The notes beneath the pieces were generated by a model. It searched no databases. It had not been told where the DNA came from and worked only from the letters and a program-made list of their open reading frames with translations. Both the position numbers and the translations under genes were made by a program. Positions 39,901-52,888 of a stretch of DNA of 64,000 nt are shown piece after piece. Each line of letters starts with the position of its first letter. The stretch's first letter is position 1. Source of the stretch: Catajapyx aquilonaris (taxonomy: Eukaryota); assembly GCA_000934665.2 (NCBI GenBank), contig KZ538831.1:62001-126000 (forward strand). The letters run 5' to 3'.

Positions 39901-42900
39901 GGTGTACTCTCTTGCCTTCTGCAGAAGTTTATAAAACAATAAATTGGGGGGAGGGGGGGGGGGCTGGGACATTTAGTTGGTAAAGTTTGGAATGCTGAAA
40001 ATTGACTCACAGACATTAGACAAGTAGCCTATCAAACTTCTTTCTTGTGGCATTTATTAACACAAATGACAGTTTCATCACAACATGGATAAAATATGTG
40101 CAAAAATAAACACCATTACAGTCATGCGTATAGAAACCTCTCCACTAACTGTAAGACAGGCTCCAAATCTGTAGGCATATCTGTACCCATCAAGGAGATG
40201 TATAGCATACTGTATCACGCTAATGACCCAAACTTATTCCCTCAATAGGTACTGTACGAATCCATTATTAGTATTTGAGTAGTTCCGTACAGTTTCAATA
40301 ATGGAAAAAAGACATAAGACGCACATCATTACTGATGTCTCATACTGTAACTGAACAAAAAGTGGGACAGGAGTATTTTTGTCCGGACGTCTCCTGGATA
40401 AATATGTGATACGGTACATAAGCACAGGGTGAGTAAAACCTGGGTGTGCGTGGGTAGTGCGGCGGCATCCAGTGCACACTAGGCCATAACAAAGCGTTAG
40501 CCATCCAGGGATGATGAGTGTGAAGGGAATTGTAGGCCCAACAATGAGGCCAAAGGGGGCTACTGTGAAGCGAGAATAATGATTCAAAAGGTGGAAGGTT
40601 TGGAGCAGTGCGACTCGACTTGTCCCCGCTCGGTTATAGCTTCCGGTTTGTTTTATTGCCTCGGGTTTAGACGTAGTTAGAGACAGTTTTACGAGCGGCC
40701 GGGGAGCGCACCTAAGGAGCATCTTTAGTGTAAACTCCAGATTACCACTAATAATGGCTCGGTGTAAAAGGGATCCCCGTGGCGTTTTAATGCCAGTCGG
40801 AACCAACTTGCTAGCACGGGTAATATACTTGGTTGGCTCCCCCTTTCCATATAAAGTCCGGGCCGCTTATTCCAGATAACTTGCGGCAGGGATTTTACAC
40901 TTATGCAGCCAGTGTTCGGAAGCGGCGTAATCGCAGCACAAGTGGGATCCTGTAGGCCTGTTATGCCCAAATGGGGGATGATGGGGTGGGGAAAGAGGAA
41001 ATGGGTCTCTCAGAGACAGGGGGGAGGGGGAGGTGCAGGGATTTCAACACACCTAGCCTCGTTATCATGTCCACTAAATACCGGTCAAGTCAGTGTTACT
41101 ACCAGTTTAGGTAATAAAGGAGTGTATCCTGGGCATCACGCAACCTTTGCGCCTCTTTTGACTACCGGGTGATATAACAAGCAGGGGCAAAAATGGCCTT
41201 GGAAAATCTGGTAGCGGGGGCATATAGTGAAGTCCATTTATTCCGAAACATAATAAGCCAGCAAGTCTGAATTTTCTGTTTAGCTAGCATTACAAGTCGG
41301 ATTCTCTCTGGGTTTCTTCTGTATGCCCATGATATACAATAAAATATATGAAAGACCATCAGTAATAGATGCAAAGTGTCAGGTCGTAATGATTATTCCA
41401 GAGCGCACTATCGAGGCCAACACGGCTGGATAGTGGTTTGAGGCGCATTAAACCCACTCTAGATTAGTAGTTCAACCACGCCTAAAATCCGTTGTCTGCT
41501 GCAATAAACTTTTTTTTTCAGCCCAACTGGTGGGAAACTAAAGTTGGGGGGATACGTGCCTTCCATTTGTGATTGGTCCATTGACTAACTGCTCTCGGCA
41601 TAATGCTGCACTTGCACAGCGCAGTAATGTTTCCCAGGCATTATTATTGCCTGCCAAGTTGGCACCATTACAATAGGCCTGCAAAATTAGACGTCTGGAT
41701 GGCGACAAGCACAAGGATGGCTCAGAATATTCACCGCAGTTTTTTTAAAAATAAAAAGTATATATCTCCCGTGTGAAAGGTACAGATTCACACATTTTGC
41801 TGAGAATCCTATATTGGCACTTTGCCGGTGTGCAAAATGCGACTAAACAAGAGAGAAACTTTGGCTTATATCCAGCCCCAGATCCTCCTTATTAATAACT
41901 ACGGACCTGAACTATAATCATTCATCTTCAAAGATAGGAATTCACTGTGTAAGCAAATCCTTGACAAGAGTTCTTTTGAGTGATTGGAGCGCTTCAAGTT
42001 TGCACAATCAGATGCTGGCTGCAACGTCTTACAGTATACCGCAGCACAAAGTGGTCTTCCACCTTCGGCATAATTACTTCGTACCCTCTGCAGTCTAAGC
42101 AACTTCATCATAAAATGACGGCATGTAAAAGAAATGTTTGAGAGCAGTAACTGTAGAGAGCGTTGCAACAGTTTGGCTAAGTTTCAGCCGAAAGAGATTT
42201 GCCTGTCGGCGTGCTGGATCATAAATGGAGCAAAGTTTCAAGGTAGCAAGTGAGAATTGAAAATGAAAACAGCGCGTGGTAAGGACAGCAGGGGGTAGAA
42301 CTCCCAAGAATTTTCCTGGCTTCCCAAAAAGGTCCTAGGCCAAATGGATCATACGCTGCAATGCACTTTACCTGTGAGTATTCCAGCAGGTACCGCTGAT
42401 TGCATGAATAAGTAAGCGAGACATCTACTACAGCCGGTGTCCAATCCGCAAAAGCGTCACTTGGGAGAGCAAGAAAAAATATGAGCGGCGTGACAGAAAT
42501 CATTAGGCGGAAGTGTAATGTCTCTCGGGAGCCAATTAGCGCTATCGGTGGTGATGACGTCACGTTTCCCATAAAGTCCTAATTATGTCCCCAGGGCGCG
42601 AGATGTCCGGGGACACATCTAGTTAGATGAACGAACGCTGGACGCTGTCCAAGTAGAATCCAGCGAAAGGTGCAGCCCCCCAATATTCTTCTCACGACTT
42701 TTTTTTTAAATAAAAAAAATACGTCGCCTTGTTTAGACCCCGCCTAATTATCAAACCAGATGAATAATGAGAAGGCGCACTATTAATTTGGCCAGAGTGT
42801 ACTTGGGACTGAAAGCGCAGTCAAGAATCCGTGTCACGCTCTATGGATCTCCCCCCCCCCTCCCCACCTCCCACTTTTGCCCACACCCGTAAAAAGCCGG

Positions 42901-45900
42901 CGTCCCCGAGCCGATTAATTGTCTAATTCCTCCCACATACCAGCGGCGATGTAGATTAATGAGCCGCTGGACCTGCCGACGCTGAAATATGGGGCAGGGC
43001 ACATCGGAAGATTAACGACACTTTGGAAACTTGGCCGCGCCCCGAGTTCGATCACTCCGGCTTCTAACCCCCCCCCCCTCCCCCCTCTCCCAACCCCCCT
43101 ACACTATCTTCCAACTATCACAAAACCCGATATCCTCCAGTTTCACACTACTTATTATCTCCGACTTCCAATCTCTTCTTTCTTCGGTTGGAAGTAAACA
43201 AGTTTCAGAGGAGGCTTGATAGGCATGCGGCTATGTAAGTAGTTTATTCCGAGGAATTGTGGTTGCATTGCCGCAACCGCAAAGCGGTCTTATTAATGGG
43301 AGAGGGGCAAAAAGTTGCGGAAAACCTCTGGCAGTTGGCAGATATATGTGTGTAGCACGCACCCCCATGCCATAGTTGGGAAGGGATCCATCTCACTGCC
43401 AGGAGGTGAGGGGTAATGATCGATGCCAATCATAACACAAATGCCAGCTAAACCGATTTTGCCTGGCGGCTGCAGTTATGTGAGGTTTCAATATGGGATG
43501 TGTATGGCCTTTGCACTCTTGGTCATTTACCTCCTATAAAGTAGGCCAAAAAATGCTATGTTTTCGTATCAGCACTATGACACTTATGCAGACCCCTGTG
43601 AGCTTAGTTCTTCCCACCTGTAGGAAGTGGGGTTGCCACTTCGGCGCTGGTGTAGTTACCAAGTGAGGAGTGTGATGGAAAAACCTGACAACCTACAAAA
43701 GTGTAATTTTTCAGGAGAGCGAATTGAAGTTTGCACTATTATCACATTATGGCACTATTATGGGTTTTTCATGTAGTCTGTGTTGCCGTCTCCAGCATGA
43801 TACGTGAACTTGGAGTATACCAACATAGTTGCTGGTGTTCAGAGCAAAAATGACAAGGGTTGTCACGTTTTTCCATTACACCCCTCAAGTTTGTGGCGAT
43901 CTTGATGGCGGACGAAGCCCCACTCCCTGCTACGAGGAGTTTCCATACCTGTTTATTACTGTATAAGACCGTGCCCTATATGTTAGAAAATGACCAAGAC
44001 ACGCACCGCAGGATCAACGTCAGCAAGATTTACGCTCGTAAATATACGGTGAACATTTCATAATCTAGTCATGTAACTAAAATTGGCGCACCTACATTAT
44101 TATCCAGCGAGAAATCTTGATAAAGACTTGGATTGGAAGCGTGAGGCGTCTTATTGGGCTTGGGGAAGAGGTCTGGAAGAGTGCGGGGCAAAGTAATCCA
44201 TCACCCTGAGGAAGAGGGGGCCGGAGGAAGGTTGGGGAGGGTAGAAGATGTGGAGGAGGAGGGGAGATGGCCCGGATTCCTCCCGGAGACTGCGGATCCC
44301 TGACTCAGCTCCTTTTGGCTGCAGCCGCCTATAAACATTAATTAGAGCGCGTTCTAGGCCCTTCCTTTCCCTTCCCCTCCTTTCAAGCCACAGCTCCACT
44401 GATCCTTTTGTCGCACTTGCGATTATGTTCTCGTAAATCTCGGCACAAACCAGGCTTTTGTACTCACGCATCCACAGCAGTCAGGTGGCAATACCACGTA
44501 ATTAACAGGATCGGTTTTTTTCGCCTATTCGGACCCAACCCCCCCTATCATTATGTCTATACATAAAAGGACAGGAGGTTTTGAAACGAAAAGTGGGTAT
44601 GACAATGTGTAGATCAGTGAGGGGAAATCCAAGGAGGAATCAATCTTTCTTCCTCACAGGACTATTCCCAACTCGCCATCACGCGCACTCTTTCAAAGAG
44701 ATTGCTGGCCAATCCCGGATGAGAGCTTGCATGGACCTTTCATCGATTCCACACACAGCAAGGAATTCGACAGAGTAGGGAAGAGGATGGGAAGAATGAG
44801 GGAGCGTGAGATAAAGGAGGCTACAAGAAGTAAGATGGAAGAAGAGAGTAAAAAAACAGAGCTCAGTAGAAGCAAAAAAAAAACCTTTGTTTGCCAGACT
44901 TTGGAATGACGTGTTTACAAGCGGCTTGTTTTTTTGCCGGCAGAAATTAATTTCGGAGGTCACAAGTTGACCCCCCCGGCCTCAAGTTGATCCTGAATCA
45001 ATTATGGCAGAAAAAGTGACATCTCTTCCATTGCAGTCAAAAACTTTACTTCAGGTTTTTTTTTTCTCTCTCTCGTTTTTTGGGAGGGGCAGGAACTGAC
45101 GCCAAGTCCTCGGGAAAGTTTCAAACTGCAAAGAAAATCGCATTTCAACGACTCTAAGTCGCCTTTTTTTTCCATCACTCTTTGGCTCCTATCCTCCACC
45201 TTGGCGACAAATCCAATCCTAACTAGTCCTGCCAAAAACTGCCACAACAATATATACTGCATATCTCCCCTCCAAAAAATATCCGGACGTCACTGCAGTC
45301 ATTTCAAGTGGTAAATGGTAAAAGATGCGATTTTCGTGTGATTAAGACATTTGGAGCTAAAGAGCTGAGACTGTAGTAGGCCTGGTACAAGATTATCGCA
45401 GCCGTGATACTGGGTTTCCCTAATATTCTTCGTGACTAGTGGTCATAAATGCCTCTCCATTAACCGCCAGAATAGAATTCGCTTTTCCCAGAATTCCCTA
45501 ACTGCCGCGGAAATGTACAGGCACCTAATTCACAATAACATATAAGGCCCCCACCATTTTCATCGCATGAGGAATGAGAGAGATGGGAGGGGATATTAGA
45601 TGATATGTAACATAATGTGCAGTAGCGTCAGAATTCAAAATTGAATTCATCGGTTAGAGCTATGCGAGGGTCAACAAGTTTTGCAGAGAGAATTTCAGCT
45701 GGAATTTCATGCACAGGCCGTAACATCGGGTTAATCCGGCCATGGTCTCAACTTTCTGCTAGTTTGAACACGGGCAAAAATTCACTTTCCAGCGGCCATA
45801 TACCAAAATGCTAATACGGTCCGTGAATTTTTTCCCCCCGAGCCAATGTTGACTCAGTGTCGTTATTAATTTGGCTCGAAACATCCCTACTAACAATGAT

Positions 45901-46414
45901 CATTCAGAGAAAATCGGTGAGCGTTGTAAGCATTTTTTTATGTATTAAAAAACCCTGTTCTCCCTTGTTAGCCATGTAATAATAATGCCTCTAAGCACTG
46001 AGGGTAAAAAAGCGGAAGTAATCCTTCGTCTTACTCTGCCGGAAAACTTGATCCGCTTATTACAGTCGCCAGGAGCGACGACAGGCAAGTCCTTGTTACT
46101 TTTTTAACAACCTGCAGGCACTGCAGATAAATGCCAAGTGCAGTCTTTCCTCAAAGTTAAGCCTGATTTTCACAAATATTTTGACCGCTGATAGCAACAA
46201 CGGTGAAGTCTGACCTCCCTATGTCATCTCTCCAGACTCTGAGAGGTGTGCACACATATAGGCTGTCCAAGTCGGTTTTACCCTGCCACCTCGCCCCATA
46301 TGTTTAACCTGTTTACCACGTAGTAAAAGCACAGATACCAGGTAGATTTTTTAACGTGGGTATGGCCTATATTACGTCTGGCAACTCTACTTTGCCCTCT
46401 CGCATTTAAACCCC

Positions 46415-46484
46415 AGGTTAGGTTAGGTTAGGTTAGGTTAGGTTAGGGTTAGGTTAGGGTTAGGTTAGGGTTAGGTTAGGTTAG
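46415..46484 (+). repeat. Interstitial telomere-like array: 9 TTAGG + 3 TTAGGG units
   Basis: Directly visible; TTAGG is the ancestral arthropod telomere motif. Confidence 0.9.
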
Positions 46485-46592
46485 TCTTTTCTTGGACTCG
46501 TCTCCGGCTGGCTCACGACTGTCTACACAACTAGTCTCCACCCGGGTCTATCACCCGACACCCACGCCATCTCTTGGCAAAACTCTCAGCGT
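46485..46592 (-). mobile_element. Solo-LTR-like element, truncated at the TTAGG array
   Basis: Reverse complement GTTTTGCCAAGAGATGGCGTG...CAGTCGTGAGCCAGCCGGAGACGAG matches 36735-36818 and 5806-5928. Confidence 0.65.
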
Positions 46593-47519
46593 GAAGATCT
46601 GTCTGGATTGTCGCTTCCTATGAGTCGCCGTCTCGTGTAAACGGACCTATCACATACAGTATCCAAAAAAATGTATGGTTTCTCCCCTTTCGAAGCGGTG
46701 TCCGATGAATCAAGCCGGATAATCCGTCCCCCCCCATCAGAATCTGTCAGGCGAATATGTCTGGAAAAGTTGGCGCGATGCAGGCGGGAAGATCTGGGGC
46801 GGCTAAAGTAGCGCGAAATCACTTCTTAAGGTGAGGAAAAAGTGTCATCAAGTTTTGACAGCGTCATGCGACCAATAAGAATCTCATTGGTGCCCATCAG
46901 CACGCCCGTGATTGATGAAAAAAAAAAAAGATGGAGCCTTTTCCTCCTGCCTGTCGCGCAGAGATTAAGATTGACAAGGGAGTTGCGCCCATGGATTAGC
47001 GTTACGACACTCACTCACTCGCCAGCAGAGAGAAGTTTGGAAATCTTTACACCCGCCCATCTCTTCGGCGTCATTTGCACGCGAAAGAATAATGCTCCTT
47101 TTTCTCGGAGCTGTTTACTGGAATGAAACGTGCCGCGGGAGGTTGGAGGACTGTCGTGCAAGTCTTTCTGGTCACGTTTTCACCCTCTACCCTCCCGCCC
47201 CTTGCCTCACTGCCACCCCCTGCCTCTCCCCACTGTTCCCCTCAGGCCACCGCTGATATCGATTCTGCACGGATTGTTCTTGACCCTCAACATGGTCAAG
47301 GCCGATCTCCAAACATCTTTCATGGTGACGCTTGCTTGTTTGACAGACCCTGATGACAACTGTTCTCATAGGGCTGAGACTTTTTCTGTGATTAGACTAT
47401 TTGTTAGTGTGTCGTAACAATGCGGTAGTACAGAGGACTTTTGATCATACCACAGACCTTCTCATATATTTGCTGGAAATGGTACCTGTACATTTTTAAA
47501 AATATATTTGGTCGAATGA

Positions 47520-47770
47520 ATTTGCAGTACCCACATCCTAACTTCTCAAAAAATTAGGCATGTCCTAAATATTGCCACCTTTGTGGTTAAGCCATACAAG
47601 GTAGGGTTTCAAAAGAGCACATCTCTTGTACCACACTGTACCAACCGATCTGATTGGTGGAGCATAATGTGCTCCATCAATCAGATCGCTTAGTGTGTCT
47701 GATGTGGAATGGAGGGAGAGAGGTCGCCTAATCCCTTTTTTGAGAAGTTATGCTGTCGGTTCTGTAATTC
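47520..47770. mobile_element. Old MITE with internal hairpin
   Basis: TAACTTCTCAAAAAATTAGGC vs GCCTAAT..TTTTTTGAGAAGTTA; hairpin CGATCTGATTGGTGGAGCA / TGCTCCATCAATCAGATCG at ~47646-47688. Confidence 0.55.
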
Positions 47771-49063
47771 TGACTAATTATATTGCATTGAAACCATGGC
47801 ATATAGTCAATCTAAATGTTTTTAATTAGTTCAACAATTTTTTTTTCATTGCGTAAAAAATTTATTGTTAGGAATTATTGAACAATAACTTACAATAATC
47901 CCATGTCTGACCTGGATCGTGGCAATAACAGTTGGTCTACTAACGAGCTTGCAAGTCTGTACAGTACAGTACAAACCACCAGACCTTATTATCCAATATT
48001 TGAGCCACATCAGACTGATGTTAACTTATCCAGTGGCGTCAAAGTCCATACTCAAAAACTAATTCCGGACCTGGGTGCGCAACCTTAAATCCCGCCATAA
48101 GTCAGTTTGGCATGTAAACCTCATAAAGCGCCAGGCTGTAATGAGTTGATAGTGGACTTAGTGCGTTATGCCAGCCTACTCTGTGCAAATTAGCCCAAAC
48201 TAAGCCCATTCCCTGCTTGCAGAGGTTTTCCCCTCGTCTCCAAAATTTTCTGTTACGGTGTTTCTAACACAGTCTGCTAGGTGGTGCTCAAAACAACTTT
48301 TCAACATTGTCGCAGAAACAATTTTTTTTATATGAAATCTTCAGCTTTCATGACTGTACTCTTGCTTCTTTCTGATGAGAGTTGAATAATAGAAGAGAGC
48401 GCTGAAGGTCACTTAACGAAGTTAGGAGCGTTGATTAATCCCTCAGTAATTTATCGCTGAATAAGGCAAGTGTGCGCACCAATGCTTTTGGGCAGCCGGA
48501 ATTAAAGATGGCGACCGACTGGAGAATACGGAGCAGGAAGAGGGGTGTGGAAGAAGTGAAGCCAAACAATTAAGAAAAATGAAACAAGGCGTAGACGCCG
48601 AAGTACTCATTAATCTTCTTTTTCTTCTTCCTTTTATATAGCAGGCATTCAGTTTCAATTTCCTCTACAATGGCTCCGGAAAGTAGACACGGGGGTAGGG
48701 GGTGGCGGGGAAGGATGAGGGGGAAGCTGGAGGGGGGGGGGGGGGGCGGGGAGGAACTTCACGACTGTGGGTGGACGGAATTTCCCCGGAAATGAGAACA
48801 GGGACTTGAGTAAAGAAAAGTAGAGATGCTGCTGGACTTGCAATTAAAGCAGAAATTAAAACCTGTCTTTGGCTGGTGTAGAAAAAAGTTTGTCATTGAT
48901 CATGTCACTTCTGACTTCAAAGTCACGTTGTGTTCGTAGAATACCGTATATTAGATGATGTATTAACGGGTTAATATCGAATTTTTGTGGTGTAATGACT
49001 CTTCATAGTCTTAGGCTAGGACTGACATTGTTGTCAAAAATGTTACTATAGGCTTGTATATGG

Positions 49064-49254
49064 CCCAAACAAGGATTGTCGCGGGTTATTCTGGCTTGGA
49101 TGCAACCCATTGCACAGGTGTGCATTGTGTGTCCACAAAGACAGCTAAGGAGGCTCCGATGCCGAGCAAAGCAGATAAGGGGCGTGGTCAGATAAGCAAC
49201 ACACATCTGTGCAGTGGGTTGCATCCAAGCCAGGATGCGACGATCCTTGTTGGG
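49064..49254. mobile_element. MITE with ~55-bp TIRs
   Basis: AACAAGGATTGTCGC..CTGGCTTGGATGCAACCCATTGCACAG mirrored by CTGTGCAGTGGGTTGCATCCAAGCCAG..GCGACGATCCTTGTT. Confidence 0.8.
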
Positions 49255-49264
49255 TGATCATGAT

Positions 49265-49300
49265 TTGCCCGCGCGGGTTCGGATCCCGCCTTTGTCGCCA
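49265..49300 (+). pseudogene. 3' fragment of a tRNA (Ser-like) ending in CCA
   Basis: T-arm GCGGG-TTCGGAT-CCCGC (49273-49289), 7-nt acceptor strand CTTTGTC, discriminator G, CCA; no 5' half visible. Confidence 0.55.
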
Positions 49301-49467
49301 ATTGTAATAACCCAGTCCGTACGTAGGTGGCTGGAATAAGAGGAGCGAAGAAAAACTAGTCCGTTCTGTAGCTCAACTAGTACTTAGAACACTTTACTTA
49401 CTGTCATCACTATGCAACTTGTCGATACATTACTATGCAGCCATCACACCTATGCAACAGTACAATC

Positions 49468-49533
<66 letters not shown>

Positions 49534-49849
49534 GTTTACCCCGTGATGTCCCTTACGGGATCTATAGGGAGTGGCATCCCACCATCAGTTTTCTATATAT
49601 TTTTCAACGTCATTCTCCGGTGCAAGGAAACAGGGACATTGGGAATGGATAGGGATTTTTGGGGAGGAAACATGGATGCTTTGGGTCATGTGCTGTTCCC
49701 CAGGAGGTTAGGTTTCCAGACACCTCCAAGGTGCAGGTCAGAGACCCTCCCGACGCTGGTGAAAGGGAAACTCCCCAGCCGGAGATCGAACCCGGGGTCT
49801 TTCACTCAGCAAGCCGAGACGTTACCATCTCGGCCATCTACACCTCCCC
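49468..49849 (-). mobile_element. tRNA-derived SINE, family C, with (TAA)n tail
   Basis: A-box TGGCCGAGATGG and B-box GGGTTCGATCTC on minus strand; perfect 14-bp TSD GCAACAGTACAATC (49454-49467, 49850-49863). Confidence 0.9.
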
Positions 49850-51260
49850 GCAACAGTACAATCATGGTGGCGCCATATTTAGACCAGCTGTACTGTAAGA
49901 GGTTAGTTAGTTGCTATCTCCGCATACGGTACACTACTTTTTCCTGACATGCAGTGTTACTTTGTAACCCTAATTCAGCATAGCAAAAGAACTAGGTAGT
50001 AATGTGCTTACGATATACTGTACAGTCACGAGACATTTTTATCGTGCAACCTAATTGCATGCAAGTATCGAACTAACTTTTTACTTAAAATAATAAGGTG
50101 TTTTTACCCAGTAGTTGCTCACAAGTAACGTTGTAATTTATGCTCGTCAGTATTTGACAAGGTATGATTCAATGATGATTTCCGTGTTCGAGTGGTTAAC
50201 TCGGGGTTATCCACTGTCTATTCTTCGGTGTCGTAGACCTTGCCTGATCCCTAGTTGCTTAGTGATGATTACTATAGTGCGGTGATTCATAAGACCCCAG
50301 TGAACCAACAAGGATCCTACCCGCATCAAACTACACTATACATCGTCGATGTTTTTTTTTGTACGCGGTATTCCCAGGCTCTTTCATCCTGCTCCAAATA
50401 TTCACGGCACGCATTACAGTTAAACCATATCAGACCTGAACGTAGCCCAGAAAAAAAATAGTGGAATGGACGTTGGTATGAGCAAAAGGGCAAAGTGAAC
50501 CGGTACTGTAGGGTATACCTGTTGGTGGGTCGTGGGAGCATCAGGGATGGTGGAATGAAAAGTGGCGCCAAAGATGCAGCAGTGATTGGAAAACAGCGCA
50601 GCTTGATTCCTTCCTAAACGCAATCAGCTGAGTGGTTGGAGCCTTACTTCGTTTCTGAATAGTCTGGAAGGAAAATTGGACACCAAAATTGGCCAATCCT
50701 CGTGGGAATTACTAGCTCTTCTACATTATTTTCCGAAACGTAATTTTTTGCCCTTCCTTTTCTTTTTCTTTTTCTGGCATAGGAAATAACATTTCCCAAA
50801 TCGAATCGGCGCAAAAACCCGCTTTCCGCTTATTGCAGCTAGATTCACTCTGGGGAAACATATTTAATTTAAAACAGATCGAAAAACTGCTTGGATTTAG
50901 GCTCTGCCTGAATCGGCCGGTTAAGCCAGCCCCAGACGTTCTCCCTGGAGTGCCACAATGGTTTTCATTTTATCTGTACAAATTATCCCGCTTCAACAAA
51001 GAGCAATTGCTAATCAAACTTTCATTTTACTTTGATGCCATTCGTGCAAAACCCAACCTCCTTGGACCTTCCAATGCTAAACTGACGCCACTTAACGCTC
51101 CCAAAATAATGTCTTCAGTATCGTTAGGAAACCCATAAAATTTTTATTAAGAACTGCCCTACTTAATGTAAGTAGTACTTTAGATACAAAAACTACATTA
51201 CCATATGGCAATTTTACTCCAAAAAACACTATCAGGAAAGGCATTGACATGCAGGACATG

Positions 51261-51630
51261 CTATCAATTGCGGTGAGATTGTGCCAGATGGGGTGAGATT
51301 GTGCCTGCGCCTTTTTGGACAACAGTGCACCCTACTGGCAGCAAGCGAATTTAGGCATGTTTTACTACATTGTATGAAGGCCATTTCACAAAAAAAAGGG
51401 CGCGCGGCAAACGGCGCGACTTGCGGCAAATTTTTTATTTATATTTATTATTGCCAACAATTGGCAATAATAAATATAAATAAAAAATTTGCCGCAAGTC
51501 GCGCCGTTTGCCGCGCGACATTTTTTTGTGAAATGGCCTTGATGGTCAAAGTTGGTAATTACGAGTAAAATTCGCGGTAGAGGTCCCTGTTGTTCAAAAA
51601 TCCGCTGGCACAATCTCACCCTAATTGACG
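51261..51630. mobile_element. MITE (same family as 7184-7377) hosting a nested palindrome
   Basis: TGAGATTGTG.CAGATGGGGTGAGATTGTGCC and CACAATCT.ACCC.AATTGACG shared with 7184-7377. Confidence 0.8.
51378..51539. mobile_element. Harbinger-like foldback MITE
   Basis: AGGCCATTTCACAAAAAAA...TTTTTTTGTGAAATGGCCT, ~80-bp near-perfect arms, 3-bp TSD TGA. Confidence 0.85.
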
Positions 51631-51647
51631 TATTGGTTAATAATTAT

Positions 51648-51957
51648 AATTATAAAAATAATTATAAAAATAATTCATACCCGCGTTATCAGCCATCGGC
51701 TCTTTAGGGGGGAAGTTTGTTTTGCCTGGAACTCTTCGCTTTCATTTTTACTGCGCTCTTTGGGATAGGATAGGGACGGAAGGAAGCGGCTGTGGCCTAT
51801 TAATTACGGAAACAACTCCGGAATTTTCCAGGAAGGACCGTGGGAAACCACAGAAAACCACGGTCAGAGTTTCCGGCCCCGGGATTTGATCCCAGGACCT
51901 CCCGATTAGCAGTCGGACGCCATATCCCCACCTCCAAACTGCTTCGGGACTTCGGTG
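51648..51957 (-). mobile_element. tRNA-derived SINE, family B
   Basis: GGAAGGAAGCGGCTGTGGCCTAT, AAACCACAGAAAACCACGGTCAG, CCCAGGACCTCCCGATTAGCAGTCGGA as in other copies; AATAATTAT at both ends. Confidence 0.88.
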
Positions 51958-52888
51958 AATAATTATTACTACAGTATTCTCACAATTATTATTGTTGTCG
52001 TTGTTGCATGAATATTTGGAGTCAGATGATACGGTACCATCTGATGGGAGCAGTGGTCCTAAAAATGAGATGTGAAGTACCTGATGGGCAGTGTAAAACG
52101 ACGTGCAGGTGAGAAGGACTCGGAGAGGGAAGTGAGGGTGAATGAAGGGGGTGGAGGAGCCAGCAGATGAGTGGGGAGGGAAATTTCGGATGCGGTCGCG
52201 ACAACATGAGGTTGACGTGTCAATTAATGGCCTTGTCACAAGCCGACAGAGCTCGTTGCGCCAGAAATTAGCTTTTAGAGGGAGGTGGAGGAGAGGAGCG
52301 GGAGGGAGTTTGGGAGCGTCGACATCAAAGGGGGCGCTTCACCCCGTAGGTGCAAAATTGGGAGGGGAGCATTTTTGGACGGGTGGCCACCAGCTCAACT
52401 GAAACTCCCCAAGTCGTTCGTGAGCAAGCACAACGTTGCCGAAACACTTCTCTAGGACCGCCACGCCTCCGCCATGTTTTTCCCCTCTACCACCCCCCTT
52501 TCAGAGTTCAAAAAAAAAGTCACGGCAGCGATTCACTTCAAACGCACTGTCTTATTACGTTATGTTCCCCGGGTTTTGTAAATTCGTGCAGCCTAACCCG
52601 CAAGAAAAGACGGTTATCTCACGCAATGTTCAATTATTCTGGAGTTTCCGAGCGGTCCAGCAATTTATATTGACCCCTTTTTGCAACCTAACCCTTGAAT
52701 TGAAGTGCCACACCAGCTTCACGCCATGCTGAAACGCTCATCACTCATCGGAATAATGACTGGAGCCCATGAAAAGTCATGCCCGTCTGATTCCAATGGG
52801 CTCGATATTGCACGGCAGCTCTTGTTTACACCAGGACACTAACAAGTCTGATTGATTAAGGCCATAGCCGGCACAATCCGGGCTCTTC

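Noticed and set aside
40234..40806. 190-aa ORF
   Set aside because: No recognisable domain, non-ATG start, no supporting splice structure
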